Below the pieces are notes generated by a model. That model did no database searches. It was given only the letters and a program-made list of their open reading frames with translations, and was not told where the DNA came from. 64,000 nt of DNA from Obrimoposthia wandeli (Eukaryota): the NCBI GenBank assembly GCA_977020255.1, contig CDROCS010006384.1, forward strand, positions 1-64,000. The letters are read 5' to 3'. Numbering within the stretch: the first letter of the stretch is position 1; the number at the start of each line of letters is the position of its first letter. A program made the position numbers and the translations under genes. Below, piece after piece: positions 46,484-58,124 of this stretch.

Positions 46484-49084
46484 TTATTCTGCCATACTAG
46501 TACTAAAAGTTTTCGCGAAAAATAGGCTATTGGCAATAATTTTCATGCTCCCTAAAAAGTAGCCGCGAAAAACTAAGTCATCGGTACTCGCAATCACTCT
46601 GCCCTTACCAACATTGTGTGCCACTAGCGTTGGATGGTTCGCTAAACGATTAACCAAATTTTTATCGGCATAGCCACTAAGTAAAGGTGCATCACTATAT
46701 TTAGCGACGCTAATAAATGGCACGCTTGTTTGTTCCATAATTACCGTGCTATTTCGAAAGACAGGCAACTCACTAAATTGATATCCATAAGCTAGTGGAT
46801 GATTGGTATCTAATTGCGCTTGAAAAATAGCACCTGCGATACGTTTTCTTCCAGCTAACACTTCCTTATCACCATAATTTAAGGCTTCAGTATCAAATAA
46901 TTGATCAATATGATTTTTGCTGACAAAGTCCATTTCTAAAATTTCATTGTCAGATAACCAGCGTGCTGCACGCTTTTGACCAAAGAGCACGCCGCCATTA
47001 ACTAACCAAGACTGAAATTTACTTAACAGTCGACTATTGATGCTGTTGTACTTACCATCAACCATAATAATATGACTATAATCGGCGAAGTTAATAGCCG
47101 ATAAACGCTCCATTTCAATTACAGTTACCGGTATTTCTAATAAATTATCAAGGTAGTAAAGCATTTCCCCTGCTTCGTACTGTGATACCCCCTTGCCGCC
47201 AACCATTAGCACTTTCGGCGCGCTCACTGGACTAAAAGAGCGACTGCCAAGATCAATACCTTTGGTCGTTAAGCCTGTGTCCAAGGCGAGTAGCGGCATT
47301 TCGCTATTCTTTGCTAAATCAGCTAAGGTACTGCGCCAATTTTCTAGCTGCTGAATACCTGCAGGAATAATAATAGTTCCTTTATCAAAGGCTTTCGTTA
47401 CTCCATTGACTGTTGCAGAAAAGGTTTTCGTGGCTACTTTAGCTTTGATATTCGCCATCGTTATTTTATTTAATAACTTAGGCGCTAAAAAATTATGCCA
47501 TTCAAAAACGTAAGCATATGCTGTGTCACTCACTTCAGTGGTTTTTACTACATTAGGCTGCCAAGGTGATTCTGCAAACTTTAAGCCCCAAGTTCGTCCA
47601 ACTTGAGCAAACTTTATGTTCATGGCTAACGGTAATGTCCAGCCTGAAACATCATAAAAAGTGTTATCTTGAAAACTTTTTTGCTGGTTAAAAAGTGCTT
47701 TAATCACTCGATATTGCGGTTGAGCTAAGGGAATATAAAAACTTTGTTCAGCAATATAATGACGCTCATGAATTTTATAATCTTGCGTTAATGGATAAAC
47801 GTTAATTTGATGCTGCTTTAATTTACTCAAAAAACTTTCTAAACGATAATTATCTTCAGTTTCACTGAAAATATAGCCATTAAAGCTTTCATCTTCGGCT
47901 TGCTGCTTCGCCTGTTGATAAAAATTCTGACGATAAGCTTTAAATTGTGCTTGATTCTTCCAAGCGCCCTCGATGGTAGATAACGACGTTAGCACATGGT
48001 TTTGTATGCCATACTCAAAGGTCAGTAAGCCATTAATAGTAAGTTGCTGTAAGCCACGGCTACTGGCTTGTTCAAACAAAACACCCACCCCGCCGTTAAT
48101 ATCAGGATAGGTTGAGCCTTTGCCATAATAGAAATCATCGAAACTCTCCTCGCTGTAATATAAACGATCTTTCGCATCAAGTGCTTTCGCGTGATAAGTC
48201 GCCAGCAACTTGGTCAATTCGGTATTTTTTACGGGTGTTAAAGGATGTGTTCGCGTTGGAATACCTGGCTGAAAAAAGTAGCTGCTATTTGCACCCATTT
48301 CATGAAAATCACCTAATACGTTCGGTTGATATTGATGAAAATAAGGTAGGCGGTTTTGACTTTCTTTTTGCGACAATAACAACCAATCACGATTTAAATC
48401 AAAGCCAAAATGATTAGTGCGGCCGGTACGCCAGCCTTGATGGTGTTCTATATGGTTTGGATCAGGGTTTTCGGTGATACCGCGATGTGTGGTAACCCAA
48501 TTAACAAACCTATCCATGCCATCAGGGTTAACGCTTGGTTCGATAACGATGATCGTATCGTTTAACATATTAGTCACGGTTATATCTTCAGCTGCGGCTA
48601 AATGATAAGCCACCACCATGGCAGCATTGGTGCCACTTATTTCGTCTCCGTGCACACTATAACCTAACCAAACTACAACCGGGTCTTTCGCTAACATGGT
48701 CATATCAGCACGTCGCGCTAAAATATCGTCAAGGTTGGCTAAGTTGTCTGGGCTAGAAATCGTCAGCAAGACCTGCGCACGAAATTGTGTTGTGCGGCCC
48801 ATTTCAGCTATGCTCACCCGAGATGACGACATAGCCACTTGCTGCAAATAGCTTAACACCTGGTCGTGACGAGGATGACGTTCGCCAACACCATAGCCTA
48901 AAACGGATTCAGGCGTTGGCACTTTCGCATTGTAAACGGCACCATCGGGTAAATAAGTACTGACATTTGCACCGAAGGCACTGAACGAAGCGCTGAATAA
49001 AAAAATGACTAAAATCCGAACCAACGATAACAACATATAAGCTTTCCTTATTAGATTGCGGATAAAATAACAAAATAATGACAA
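46484..49084 (-). CDS. M14-family zinc carboxypeptidase (exported)
   Basis: HGDEISG, NPDG, DLNRDW, DFHEM; likely start near 49036. Confidence 0.88.
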   Translation of the reverse strand: MSLFCYFIRNLIRKAYMLLSLVRILVIFLFSASFSAFGANVSTYLPDGAVYNAKVPTPESVLGYGVGERHPRHDQVLSYLQQVAMSSSRVSIAEMGRTTQFRAQVLLTISSPDNLANLDDILARRADMTMLAKDPVVVWLGYSVHGDEISGTNAAMVVAYHLAAAEDITVTNMLNDTIIVIEPSVNPDGMDRFVNWVTTHRGITENPDPNHIEHHQGWRTGRTNHFGFDLNRDWLLLSQKESQNRLPYFHQYQPNVLGDFHEMGANSSYFFQPGIPTRTHPLTPVKNTELTKLLATYHAKALDAKDRLYYSEESFDDFYYGKGSTYPDINGGVGVLFEQASSRGLQQLTINGLLTFEYGIQNHVLTSLSTIEGAWKNQAQFKAYRQNFYQQAKQQAEDESFNGYIFSETEDNYRLESFLSKLKQHQINVYPLTQDYKIHERHYIAEQSFYIPLAQPQYRVIKALFNQQKSFQDNTFYDVSGWTLPLAMNIKFAQVGRTWGLKFAESPWQPNVVKTTEVSDTAYAYVFEWHNFLAPKLLNKITMANIKAKVATKTFSATVNGVTKAFDKGTIIIPAGIQQLENWRSTLADLAKNSEMPLLALDTGLTTKGIDLGSRSFSPVSAPKVLMVGGKGVSQYEAGEMLYYLDNLLEIPVTVIEMERLSAINFADYSHIIMVDGKYNSINSRLLSKFQSWLVNGGVLFGQKRAARWLSDNEILEMDFVSKNHIDQLFDTEALNYGDKEVLAGRKRIAGAIFQAQLDTNHPLAYGYQFSELPVFRNSTVIMEQTSVPFISVAKYSDAPLLSGYADKNLVNRLANHPTLVAHNVGKGRVIASTDDLVFRGYFLGSMKIIANSLFFAKTFSTSMAE

Positions 49085-49268
49085 ATGAACTAGTTAACTC
49101 GTCGCAATTGAAAGATTTTCAGTCCCATATACTATTTTCATAATTACGCTATCTAATTTATACCATCTAGGACTAGCGCCAAATGACAGAGCAGAGTAAA
49201 ATGATCATACTTGAGTAAAATAGTCGGGTATTGAAAAGTTCAATCCCAGTAGTGAAGAGTAAAATAGT

Positions 49269-49850
49269 ATGATGGTAAATATTTCAGAAACTGCACAAGA
49301 GCACTTTACAAAGTTACTTTCTGGCCAAGCCGAAGGTACAAGTATCCGAGTGTTTGTTGTAAACCCAGGCACAGCAAGCGCAGAATGTGGTGTATCGTAC
49401 TGTCCAGCTGACGCTATCGAAGCTGACGACATTGAACTAAAGTTTGAACACTTTTCAGCTTACATCGACGCTGACAGTAAGTTATTTTTAGAAGAAGCCG
49501 AAATTGATTTTACTACTGATCAAATGGGCTCTCAGTTAACGCTAAAAGCGCCTAATGCTAAATTACGTAAAGTAGGTGACGACGCGCCTTTATTTGAACG
49601 TGTTGACTACTTCTTAAAAGCTGAGGTTAACCCACAACTTGCTGGTCATGGCGGCGAATGTACGCTAATGGAAATCACTGAAGACGGTTATGCCGTATTA
49701 CAATTTGGCGGCGGCTGTAATGGTTGTGCCCAAATTGATGTTACGGTTAAAGACGGCATTGAAAAGCAACTCATCGATATGATGGGCGATGAAATTAAAG
49801 GTGTTAAAGATATGACTGAACATGAACGCGGTGAGCATTCATATTACTAG
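49269..49850 (+). CDS. nfuA: Fe-S biogenesis protein NfuA
   Basis: [36 protein letters not shown]. Confidence 0.96.
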   Translation: MMVNISETAQEHFTKLLSGQAEGTSIRVFVVNPGTASAECGVSYCPADAIEADDIELKFEHFSAYIDADSKLFLEEAEIDFTTDQMGSQLTLKAPNAKLRKVGDDAPLFERVDYFLKAEVNPQLAGHGGECTLMEITEDGYAVLQFGGGCNGCAQIDVTVKDGIEKQLIDMMGDEIKGVKDMTEHERGEHSYY

Positions 49851-49881
49851 CATTCATGCTAGTGATTAGTAGACCACTTTA

Positions 49882-50118
49882 ATGTCATTACTAGAAAAAC
49901 TAGGCCAAGATCCACAACGTAGCATGCAGCGTTTTCTCAGTGGACTTGGTCTTTTTGCTTTAGGCGCTTGCTTTATCTTTCTTGGAATTTATTACAGCCA
50001 CCTGTGGCAAATAGTCGGTATTGTTATTTTAGCCTGTGGGGCTTTAATTGCCGCATATGGCTATCTCGGTTTATTTGCTAATCGTCTTTATCATATGTTC
50101 AATCGTACTAAAGACTAA
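49882..50118 (+). CDS. Small hypothetical membrane protein
   Basis: Two hydrophobic segments, located directly after nfuA. Confidence 0.7.
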   Translation: MSLLEKLGQDPQRSMQRFLSGLGLFALGACFIFLGIYYSHLWQIVGIVILACGALIAAYGYLGLFANRLYHMFNRTKD

Positions 50119-50144
50119 CGTCAGATAAGCAAGTCAATTTCAGA

Positions 50145-51476
50145 CTAAAAATTCTGCTTATTGTGCTGATAATGCCAAGCTAGCGTAACACCACGTGCTA
50201 GCATAAATATTGAAAATGCAGCCCATAAGCCATGATTACCATAATCTTTTAATAACCACCATACTGGGAAAAAGCAGCCAAACGTAGCTATTAACATACT
50301 GTTTCTCATGATGTGTGCCTGCATTAAACCTACATATACACCATCATATAAATAACACCAACAAGCAAGCAATGGTAAAGCGATAATCCAAAAGAGGTAC
50401 TGTTGCGCATATTCAACCACAGCCGGTATATTCGAGATAGTTAAAATGAAATAATTACCTGCTAGGTAAAATAACAAGCTGTACACCACCGCAAATAAAG
50501 CAGTCCAAAAAAGCGCTATATTAACACTAACTATCATGCTTTTATGGTTACTCTCGCCTTTTGCCTTACCTACCATCACTTCTGCAGCGTTTGCTATACC
50601 ATCTAAACCAAATGATATTAATAACAAAAAGTTCATCAAAATAGCATTAGCGGCAACCACATCATCACCTAATCTAGCGCCTTGAAAGGTCATGAAAACA
50701 AAGCAAATTTCTAAACATAGAGTGCGAATTAAAATATCTCGATTAAGTTTAAAGTAACTAATTAAAGCAACGCGTTCGACAATGGCATCAAACATATTTT
50801 TTGTTGAAGAGAACACCTCAATAAATTTATCTTTAAAATTGACATATATCAGTGATAAGCCAATGACTAACCCGCTATATTCAGCAATTAGTGTGGCCAA
50901 CGCTACGCCTTTAACCTGCCAAGAAAAACCAATAACAAACAGTAGATCTAGCAGTAAATTAATCAGATTGGTCGCTATAATTAACCACATCACAATTTTG
51001 GCTTTGTGGTTACCTAATAACCAGCCTAAAACAACTAAATTAGCCAAAGCAGCGGGTAAGCCCCAAATGCGAATAGCGCTATATTCTCGAGCGTAGAATT
51101 GCACCTTTTCAGAGCCTCCAGCTAAAGATAGCGCTAGCTCTAAATAGTAGTGTTGAAATAAAATAACCAATATACCTATCGCAAACGCGACAATAATTCC
51201 TCGAAGTAATATCAAACAACTCAATTCATTATTTTTTTGGCCAAACGCCTGGGCAGACAAACCAGTAGTCGACATACGTAAAAAACCGCATAACCAAGTA
51301 ATAAAAACAATGATCATTGCACCAACGGTACTGCCGCCTAAATAGTAAGAATATTCGAGATGACCAATAACAGCGGTATCAACTAAACCTAATAACGGCG
51401 CAGTGATATTTGACAAAATCATCGGTAAAGCAAGAAGAAATAGCTGCTTATGCCGTTCTATATCATTGAATTTCAA
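50145..51476 (-). CDS. dinF: MATE efflux transporter, DinF-like
   Basis: ALPMILSNITAPLLGLVDTAVIGHL, FLRMSTTGL, LDGIANAAE, CYLYDGVYVG. Confidence 0.9.
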   Translation of the reverse strand: MKFNDIERHKQLFLLALPMILSNITAPLLGLVDTAVIGHLEYSYYLGGSTVGAMIIVFITWLCGFLRMSTTGLSAQAFGQKNNELSCLILLRGIIVAFAIGILVILFQHYYLELALSLAGGSEKVQFYAREYSAIRIWGLPAALANLVVLGWLLGNHKAKIVMWLIIATNLINLLLDLLFVIGFSWQVKGVALATLIAEYSGLVIGLSLIYVNFKDKFIEVFSSTKNMFDAIVERVALISYFKLNRDILIRTLCLEICFVFMTFQGARLGDDVVAANAILMNFLLLISFGLDGIANAAEVMVGKAKGESNHKSMIVSVNIALFWTALFAVVYSLLFYLAGNYFILTISNIPAVVEYAQQYLFWIIALPLLACWCYLYDGVYVGLMQAHIMRNSMLIATFGCFFPVWWLLKDYGNHGLWAAFSIFMLARGVTLAWHYQHNKQNF

Positions 51477-51586
51477 AAAAAGCTGACCTTTGCTGGCATT
51501 AGTTGGTAAATGGGCTGTATAAATAGTGAAAAAAAAGCTATTTTAAGCGTGGCTTATAACCCTATCAATATCTTAGGAAGATTATC

Positions 51587-52636
51587 ATGAAATACCGTTT
51601 GTTGGCAGCACTGTGCTATTGTCTTCATATGACTAGTTTTGCCACTGTCATTTTACAATATCATCATGTTAGCGCGACCACTCCCGCTAGTACAAGCATC
51701 TCTCCTGAGCAGTTTTCATTACACATGCAATATCTTGAAGACAATAATTTTACTGTTATCGCATTGTCTACTTTGATGGAATCAATTAAACAACAAAAAA
51801 CACTGCCGAATAAGTCTGTGGTGATCACCTTTGATGATGCTTACCTCGACATTCTAGCCAACGGCAAACCTATTTTAGACAAACATAACTTCCCTTTTAC
51901 CATTTTTATCAACCCGAGCATTGTCGATCAAAAGTCTAGCCATTACTTGTCTTGGCAACAGTTGAAAACAATGGCGGATGACGGAGTCATTATTGCCAAT
52001 CACGGCATGACACACGATTCATTAACTCGTATACCTGAGGGAATGAGTCAGCAAGCTTGGTTAACAGAAAATACTGAAACGTTACTAAGTGCTGAAAAAA
52101 TGATTGCCGATAACACAGGCCAAAGTTGGCGTTACTTGGCTTATCCTTATGGCGAATATAGCCCAGCAATTCAGCAATGGGTGCAGGAAAATAATTTTGT
52201 AGCCTTTACTCAGCAGTCTGGTGCGGTTGGCTTGAATACTGATACAACCACTATACCTCGTTTTCCTGTGTCGCAACCTTATGACCAATTATCAAGTTTA
52301 CGCGATAAACTCAATGCATTGCCTTTTAGGATTACCTTAGAAGGTAAAAACCAAGAAACTGTTTTTCAACAAGGAGAGTCGACTTCGGTTAGTTTTAATG
52401 TTGACGTTAATGATTTCGATCCTGAGCAATTACATTGTTATATTTCAGGCTTAGGCCGCCAAAAAATACAGTGGCAAGGTGATGAAATATTCACTATTGA
52501 TTACAGCGCACCTTTACCGACAGGGCGCGTACGTTGTAATTGCACCGCACCTAGCTTGAGCGAACCTGGACGTTATTATTGGTATTCGAAACCTTGGTTT
52601 ATTCTCAAAGAAAACAACTTGTGGTATCCACTTTAG
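51587..52636 (+). CDS. Polysaccharide deacetylase family protein
   Basis: ILQYHHV, TFDDAY, IANHGMTH, AYPYGEY. Confidence 0.9.
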   Translation: MKYRLLAALCYCLHMTSFATVILQYHHVSATTPASTSISPEQFSLHMQYLEDNNFTVIALSTLMESIKQQKTLPNKSVVITFDDAYLDILANGKPILDKHNFPFTIFINPSIVDQKSSHYLSWQQLKTMADDGVIIANHGMTHDSLTRIPEGMSQQAWLTENTETLLSAEKMIADNTGQSWRYLAYPYGEYSPAIQQWVQENNFVAFTQQSGAVGLNTDTTTIPRFPVSQPYDQLSSLRDKLNALPFRITLEGKNQETVFQQGESTSVSFNVDVNDFDPEQLHCYISGLGRQKIQWQGDEIFTIDYSAPLPTGRVRCNCTAPSLSEPGRYYWYSKPWFILKENNLWYPL

Positions 52637-52789
52637 TCATTTGAAATAGCTAACTTAGTTAATGATTAATACAGATATATGGTCAAACATAAGTTATGTT
52701 TATACCGATTAGATTGGTTTGAACAATGGTAATGAATAAGGGCGAGATAACAACTTATCATCTACCTGAAAATGAAGAGCCAAGGCTAA

Positions 52790-52820
52790 AACGAGATAAA
52801 ACACTAGCACTTATCTCGTT
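52790..52820. terminator. Hairpin between convergent genes
   Basis: AACGAGATAA-N11-TTATCTCGTT. Confidence 0.5.
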
Positions 52821-52837
52821 AATCAATGATTTTAGTT

Positions 52838-53485
52838 TTAGTGATTATAAAGCTTAACAATTTTATCAAAATCACTGACCAGTTTATCGCCCTCAATAAC
52901 CGGCACTTCGCCCAATGCTTGCTTGGGCTTAAAAATTGCTTCAACATTACCTGCTGGATTTATCAGTACTAACGAAGCACTGTGATCTACCAAATAATTT
53001 TGAACGTTTTCGCCCTGCTTTTCTTCAGGTTCCGTAATTGCGTACATCAAACCTAAATTTCGAGCAAAGGGAAACAACATACCATGATCGCCATGCAGCG
53101 CTTTAAACTCAGGATTGAAATAACCGATATAGCTTGCCAGTTTTTCCTGTGTATCACGTTTGGGATCAACAGAGACCAAAAGCACTTGGCTATTAGTTGC
53201 TATCGCCTTTAAATCGTCATAAATAAAGTTCATTTCTTGCAGTGTAGTCGGACAAACATCAGGGCATGATGTGTAACCAAAAAATATCCAGCTCCACTGC
53301 CCTTTTAGCGACTCATTATTAAACTTTTCGCCAAGATGATCCGTTAATTCAAAGGCTTTAACCTCGCGCGCTTGTTGATAATGTAAAGCAAATTCTACGG
53401 GTGATTGTTTATTTAACTGACTAAACAACATCACTCCAGCAACTAATGCCCCTAACGCTACAATCAGCGTAATAATTTTATTCAT
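52838..53485 (-). CDS. SCO1/SenC copper chaperone
   Basis: FFGYTSCPDVCP, VDPKRD, VDHS. Confidence 0.93.
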   Translation of the reverse strand: MNKIITLIVALGALVAGVMLFSQLNKQSPVEFALHYQQAREVKAFELTDHLGEKFNNESLKGQWSWIFFGYTSCPDVCPTTLQEMNFIYDDLKAIATNSQVLLVSVDPKRDTQEKLASYIGYFNPEFKALHGDHGMLFPFARNLGLMYAITEPEEKQGENVQNYLVDHSASLVLINPAGNVEAIFKPKQALGEVPVIEGDKLVSDFDKIVKLYNH

Positions 53486-54402
53486 TAACCTGACACCGGT
53501 AAAAAGTAATGATCGACTAAAAGAATAATAAACAATGCCATTAAATGAACAATAGAAAACTTAAAGGTCTCCATGGCCGTATTCTCATCTGCGTTAAATT
53601 TTAATTTCCATGCATAAGCAAAAAATACTGCATTTAGTACTACGGCACCGATCAAGTATAACCAATTACTCATGCCAACTAAATAAGGCAGTAATCCCAC
53701 GACAAATAATAAAACCGTGTACAACAAAATTTGCGTTTTAGTGAAATCAATTCCGTGAGTCACGGGCAACATAGGAATATTAACTTTCGCGTACTCGTCT
53801 TTACGATGAATGGCTAAAGCCCAAAAATGTGGCGGTGTCCATGTAAAAATCAATAGCACTAATAATAAGGCATTAGGGTGTACTTCATTGGTCATAGCGG
53901 TCCAGCCTAATAAAGGAGGAATGGCGCCCGCTAAGCCGCCAATGGTGATATTTTGCGGTGTTGCACGCTTTAAGTACATAGTATAAACAAAGCTGTAACC
54001 CACTAAACCCGAAAATGTCAGCCAGGCAGTTAATGGATTAACAAAACCATATAGCACCACAAATCCCGTTACAGCCAACAACACGGCAAATATGGTCGCG
54101 CTACGCGCAGTGAGTCGACCATTAGGTAAAGGGCGGTTATGCGTACGTCCCATAACACTGTCGATACGTTCATCAACAATATGGTTGATGGCCGCCGCGG
54201 CAGAAGATAAAAAGCCAATACCAATCATCGCAGGTACTAAAACTTGCCATGGAATAACACCAGGTACCGATAAACACATCCCTACCAGCGCAGTTAAAAC
54301 CAATAATGCGACTACACGAGGTTTGGTAATTTCATAATAATCACGCCAAATAGGCGTACTAGGTGCGCTATGACTCGATACGATTACGCTACTTTGACTC
54401 AT
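53485..54402 (-). CDS. cyoE: Protoheme IX farnesyltransferase (heme o synthase)
   Basis: [36 protein letters not shown]. Confidence 0.96.
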   Translation of the reverse strand: MSQSSVIVSSHSAPSTPIWRDYYEITKPRVVALLVLTALVGMCLSVPGVIPWQVLVPAMIGIGFLSSAAAAINHIVDERIDSVMGRTHNRPLPNGRLTARSATIFAVLLAVTGFVVLYGFVNPLTAWLTFSGLVGYSFVYTMYLKRATPQNITIGGLAGAIPPLLGWTAMTNEVHPNALLLVLLIFTWTPPHFWALAIHRKDEYAKVNIPMLPVTHGIDFTKTQILLYTVLLFVVGLLPYLVGMSNWLYLIGAVVLNAVFFAYAWKLKFNADENTAMETFKFSIVHLMALFIILLVDHYFLPVSG

Positions 54403-54411
54403 AATTTGCTC

Positions 54412-55419
54412 CTAAACTTTACGTTTTAAACTATATGTCATGGAAATCAATGACATCATTAACATCGCAGCCACCACATTGTGGCTGACAGCAACACTTA
54501 TGGGTAGTGAGAACCAAACATTACTGATACCTAAACCAATCTGAACACTTAGAATAAAACCTAAGCTCAATGCTGCATTTTTAAAAAAAGGTGATCGTGC
54601 TTTACGAAAAACACTGACGGCAAACCAAAGCAAATAAAGGCTGGTAATTATCGCGCCAAAACGGTGCATAACATGAATAGTCACTCGTGAAGCATGATCA
54701 AGATGGCCAAATTCATAGCTTTCTTTCTCTGGTGGCACAAGATCAAAAGCATGTTCAAAGTTAATTTGATCTGCCCACCCGGCCTGACAAATAGGTAACT
54801 CAGTGCACGTTAGCGCCGCGTAGTTAGATGAAGTCCAGCCTCCTAAGCCAATCTGTCCGGCTAAAATGAAAATACCAATAACGCCAAATTTAGCATACTT
54901 TTTCAGGGCAAAGTCACCGCCAGGAACTCGGTAATCGCTCAAACGTAAGTACAGTAAAAGCAATAAGCATAATGTCGTAAAGCCTCCTAATAAATGCCCC
55001 ATCACTACAACAGGCATGAGTTTCATAGTGACTGTCCACATACCGAGTGCGGCTTGAAAAATGACAACCAGCAAAATCAGTATCGGCAAACCCACAGGGC
55101 CTCCCTGTGATCGGCGTTTTATTGATATTAATGCGATAAGTAGAATCAATAAACCGAGTGAACCAGCAAAATAACGATGGATCATTTCATTCCATGCTTT
55201 GTGTGGTTCAACCGGACGATCCGGAAACGCTTGCTCTGCAGTCGCTATTTGTTCACTCGTTTCAGGCACATCTAATAAACCATAACAACCCGGCCAATCA
55301 GGACAGCCAAGCCCTGCATGTGTTAAGCGTGTGTAAGCGCCTAAACTGACAACTAAAATAGCTAATAAAATACTGACAAAAACAATTTTTCTGATATCAG
55401 AAGAGCTTTGTGTTCTCAT
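54412..55419 (-). CDS. ctaA: Heme A synthase COX15/CtaA
   Basis: GLGCPDWPGC, EMIHRY, HVMHR, HNVVA. Confidence 0.94.
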   Translation of the reverse strand: MRTQSSSDIRKIVFVSILLAILVVSLGAYTRLTHAGLGCPDWPGCYGLLDVPETSEQIATAEQAFPDRPVEPHKAWNEMIHRYFAGSLGLLILLIALISIKRRSQGGPVGLPILILLVVIFQAALGMWTVTMKLMPVVVMGHLLGGFTTLCLLLLLYLRLSDYRVPGGDFALKKYAKFGVIGIFILAGQIGLGGWTSSNYAALTCTELPICQAGWADQINFEHAFDLVPPEKESYEFGHLDHASRVTIHVMHRFGAIITSLYLLWFAVSVFRKARSPFFKNAALSLGFILSVQIGLGISNVWFSLPISVAVSHNVVAAMLMMSLISMTYSLKRKV

Positions 55420-55980
55420 TTAGCCAATCCTTGAATACTTAAGTAACTTTTTAAAGTCTGCCAATATTGCTTTACCAAATGCGGGTAATTGTTCGACATC
55501 TTTTGGCGGCACATGGCTAAGAATCACGTTACCTAAGGGATCAACAATCAATACTTGCGATTGTTCAATAACAGTTTTTGATAATGACGGCATGGCTTGA
55601 ATATGCCACTTTTTAATTTGAATTTTTTCAGCTTGTGCTGTACTTAAATCTTGTTGAGTTAATGCCACGGGTTTAACTCTTGGCATTTCTTTCCCTAGCG
55701 CGATATAGGTATTATTGACACTGATCAGCGTTTTTTCGCATTGCTCGTTACAGCTTGCTGGCATGGTATATAACATCAGCCATTGATGATTAAACTGATC
55801 AACATTAAGCCCAAGTTTAGCTAAGGTTAATTCGTTTTCGATCAGCTGCCCTTGGTTGGTCACACCATAATTGAACCACTGTTGATGCAATGCCAGTTTA
55901 GCTAGCACGATGGGAACGATAAATACCGCTAGGAGAATTAGCATACTGCGGCGCGATTTATTTAACTCTAAAGAACTCAT
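55420..55980 (-). CDS. Conserved cox-cluster membrane-anchored hypothetical protein
   Basis: Single TM, TNQGQLI, IVDPLGNVI; position between surf1 and ctaA. Confidence 0.8.
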   Translation of the reverse strand: MSSLELNKSRRSMLILLAVFIVPIVLAKLALHQQWFNYGVTNQGQLIENELTLAKLGLNVDQFNHQWLMLYTMPASCNEQCEKTLISVNNTYIALGKEMPRVKPVALTQQDLSTAQAEKIQIKKWHIQAMPSLSKTVIEQSQVLIVDPLGNVILSHVPPKDVEQLPAFGKAILADFKKLLKYSRIG

Positions 55981-56028
55981 ACAACTCAGCCTTTTATTCT
56001 TATTATTCGATTTCGGTACTTTTCTGAC

Positions 56029-56062
56029 GTTTTAATTGTTTTAATTGTTTTAATTGTTTTAA
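56029..56062. repeat. Tandem repeat (GTTTTAATT) x3.8
   Basis: Read directly from the sequence. Confidence 0.9.
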
Positions 56063-56848
56063 CTAACGGTGCTCATCGTCAGCTTTTTTACTCATTTTTA
56101 TTGCCGCCCATACCATCAGACTTATCCAAGCTAAGGCTAAACTGAACCATTGAAAGGCATATGCTCGATGCTTTTCTGGTGGCATAACAATGGGCTGCCA
56201 GTTCTTTTTATACCCCATCGTCTCTTTTTTATCTAAGTAGACAACAAAGGGTAATAATTTTTTGTCAATTAACTGCGAAAACTTATCCAATTCAATTTGT
56301 TGAACTCTTAATGGCCATGTTGAAGATGTTAAGTGCTGCTCCTGCAATTGAATACCCACCTCCACTTCTCTGACATGACCTGTGATAGTATGTTGCCCAA
56401 CAATAGCGGTAATTTCTGGTAGTACATTTCGATCGATTGAACCTTGCACCCAACCCAAATTGACTAACACAGCACCACTTTCATGCGTAATAATTTGGTA
56501 TACACGATAACCCAAGCGGCCTTTATTTGGCTGATTATCAAGTAGAAAAACTTTATCAGCGTCAAAAGTACCAGATAACTGAATAGGCAAGTCGTTAATA
56601 CCATCTTGCAAGTCATCTAGCACTAGTACTTGCTCTAAAGACAAGGCTTTGCGCTGGCTTAATTCGCTAATACGCTCTTGGCGTTGTTCTTTTTCAAGGG
56701 CTCGGTCAACTTGCCAAAATCCAAGCTTGATTAATAACAAAAATACTAGCAAGGTAAAGATAGCTATTAGCCAATTAAGTTGCTTTAACTGAGACTTTAG
56801 TGATTCACAATTCATAGGTTGCCGTATATTGACTAACTGATAACTCAC
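56063..56848 (-). CDS. SURF1 family protein
   Basis: LGFWQVDRA, LLDNQ...GY, LVNLGWV, HRAYAFQWF. Confidence 0.92.
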   Translation of the reverse strand: MSYQLVNIRQPMNCESLKSQLKQLNWLIAIFTLLVFLLLIKLGFWQVDRALEKEQRQERISELSQRKALSLEQVLVLDDLQDGINDLPIQLSGTFDADKVFLLDNQPNKGRLGYRVYQIITHESGAVLVNLGWVQGSIDRNVLPEITAIVGQHTITGHVREVEVGIQLQEQHLTSSTWPLRVQQIELDKFSQLIDKKLLPFVVYLDKKETMGYKKNWQPIVMPPEKHRAYAFQWFSLALAWISLMVWAAIKMSKKADDEHR

Positions 56849-56876
56849 TAAAATAAATTATAAAAGAGAGAATACT

Positions 56877-57086
56877 GTGTTAATTAAAATTATTGTTGTC
56901 GCCTTGTTAGCCTTTATGGTTTACAACCTGTTTAGAGCCTTATTTACCATGAACAAAAATGATCTGAACAAGCCACCAATGTCTAAATTCATAGGACGAC
57001 GAGTGATAACCTCAGTGCTCATCGTGCTGTTACTTTTACTCGGTATTCTCACGGGTGTTATTACGCCTAACCCCAGCCCGTTATAA
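56877..57086 (+). CDS. DUF2909-family small membrane protein
   Basis: Two TMs, NLFRALF, position between surf1 and cox3. Confidence 0.75.
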   Translation: MLIKIIVVALLAFMVYNLFRALFTMNKNDLNKPPMSKFIGRRVITSVLIVLLLLLGILTGVITPNPSPL

Positions 57087-57209
57087 TGAAATGACTAACA
57101 GGAAGTGCTGCATAATAATGAAACTAGCAAGCACTTCCAACCGTCCTAACATCTTGTTCTACAAAACTTACGGCTTAAAATATTAGCGTAAATAAATGCG
57201 AATGAAACG

Positions 57210-58109
57210 TTAAATAATATAGACAAAAACAAACAGTATTACCCATACCACATCAACAAAATGCCAGTACCAACTCGCCGCTTGAAAGGCAAAGTGATTG
57301 TCTGGTGTAAAGTGACCTTTAAAAACCCTAATAAGCATCACCAACAGCATAATAGTCCCTAAGGTCACATGCATACCGTGAAAACCTGTCAGTAAATAAA
57401 AGGTGTTGCCATAAATTCCGCTATCTAGATACAGCTTCATTTCATTCGCATAACCATGGGCATACTCTAAGCCTTGGCAATATAAAAATACGATACCCAA
57501 TGCTACGGTTAACCCTAACCAAAATTTCAATAAACCACGCTTGCCTTGCTCTAATGAAACATGAGCAAAATGGGCTGTGATTGATGATGTTAATAATAAA
57601 ATAGTGTTTATAAGGGGTAAGCCATACCAACCCATCGCAGTAGTTTCTGTGCCATCAGGGGTTTTAATCAATGGCCAAGTTGCCGTAAATTCAGGCCATA
57701 ATATCGCAGCAGTGGCCGCATTATTACCAGCACCACCTAACCAAGGTACTGAAAAGGTACGGGCGTAAAGTAATGCGCCAAAAAACGCGGCGAAAAACAT
57801 CACTTCTGAAAAAATAAACCAACTCATGCCTTGTCGGAATGAGTTATCCATTTGATGGCTATATTTACCTGACATTGATTCAGTAATAACATTGTTAAAC
57901 CAACCAAATATCATATAAATAATCAGCGCTATACCTGCCAATAAAATCCAACCACCACCAGCGGCTTCAGGATTATTTAAATTTGAAACATAATTAGCGG
58001 CACCAACCGCAATTAAAAACAACGCGATAGCACCGATTATTGGCCATTTGCTTTGCGCTGGTACGTAATAACTTTCATATTCTTTTGTTGTCATTGTTGT
58101 TCCCCTCAT
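57210..58109 (-). CDS. coxC: Cytochrome c oxidase subunit III
   Basis: WFIFSEVMFF, TGFHGMHV, WYWHFVDVVW. Confidence 0.96.
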   Translation of the reverse strand: MRGTTMTTKEYESYYVPAQSKWPIIGAIALFLIAVGAANYVSNLNNPEAAGGGWILLAGIALIIYMIFGWFNNVITESMSGKYSHQMDNSFRQGMSWFIFSEVMFFAAFFGALLYARTFSVPWLGGAGNNAATAAILWPEFTATWPLIKTPDGTETTAMGWYGLPLINTILLLTSSITAHFAHVSLEQGKRGLLKFWLGLTVALGIVFLYCQGLEYAHGYANEMKLYLDSGIYGNTFYLLTGFHGMHVTLGTIMLLVMLIRVFKGHFTPDNHFAFQAASWYWHFVDVVWVILFVFVYII

Positions 58110-58124
58110 TTAAGTGCTAAGCAC

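Noticed and set aside
56029-56062. 9-bp and 7-bp (31693) microsatellites as phase-variation switches
   Set aside because: Both are intergenic, downstream of stop codons and low copy, with no evident regulatory position
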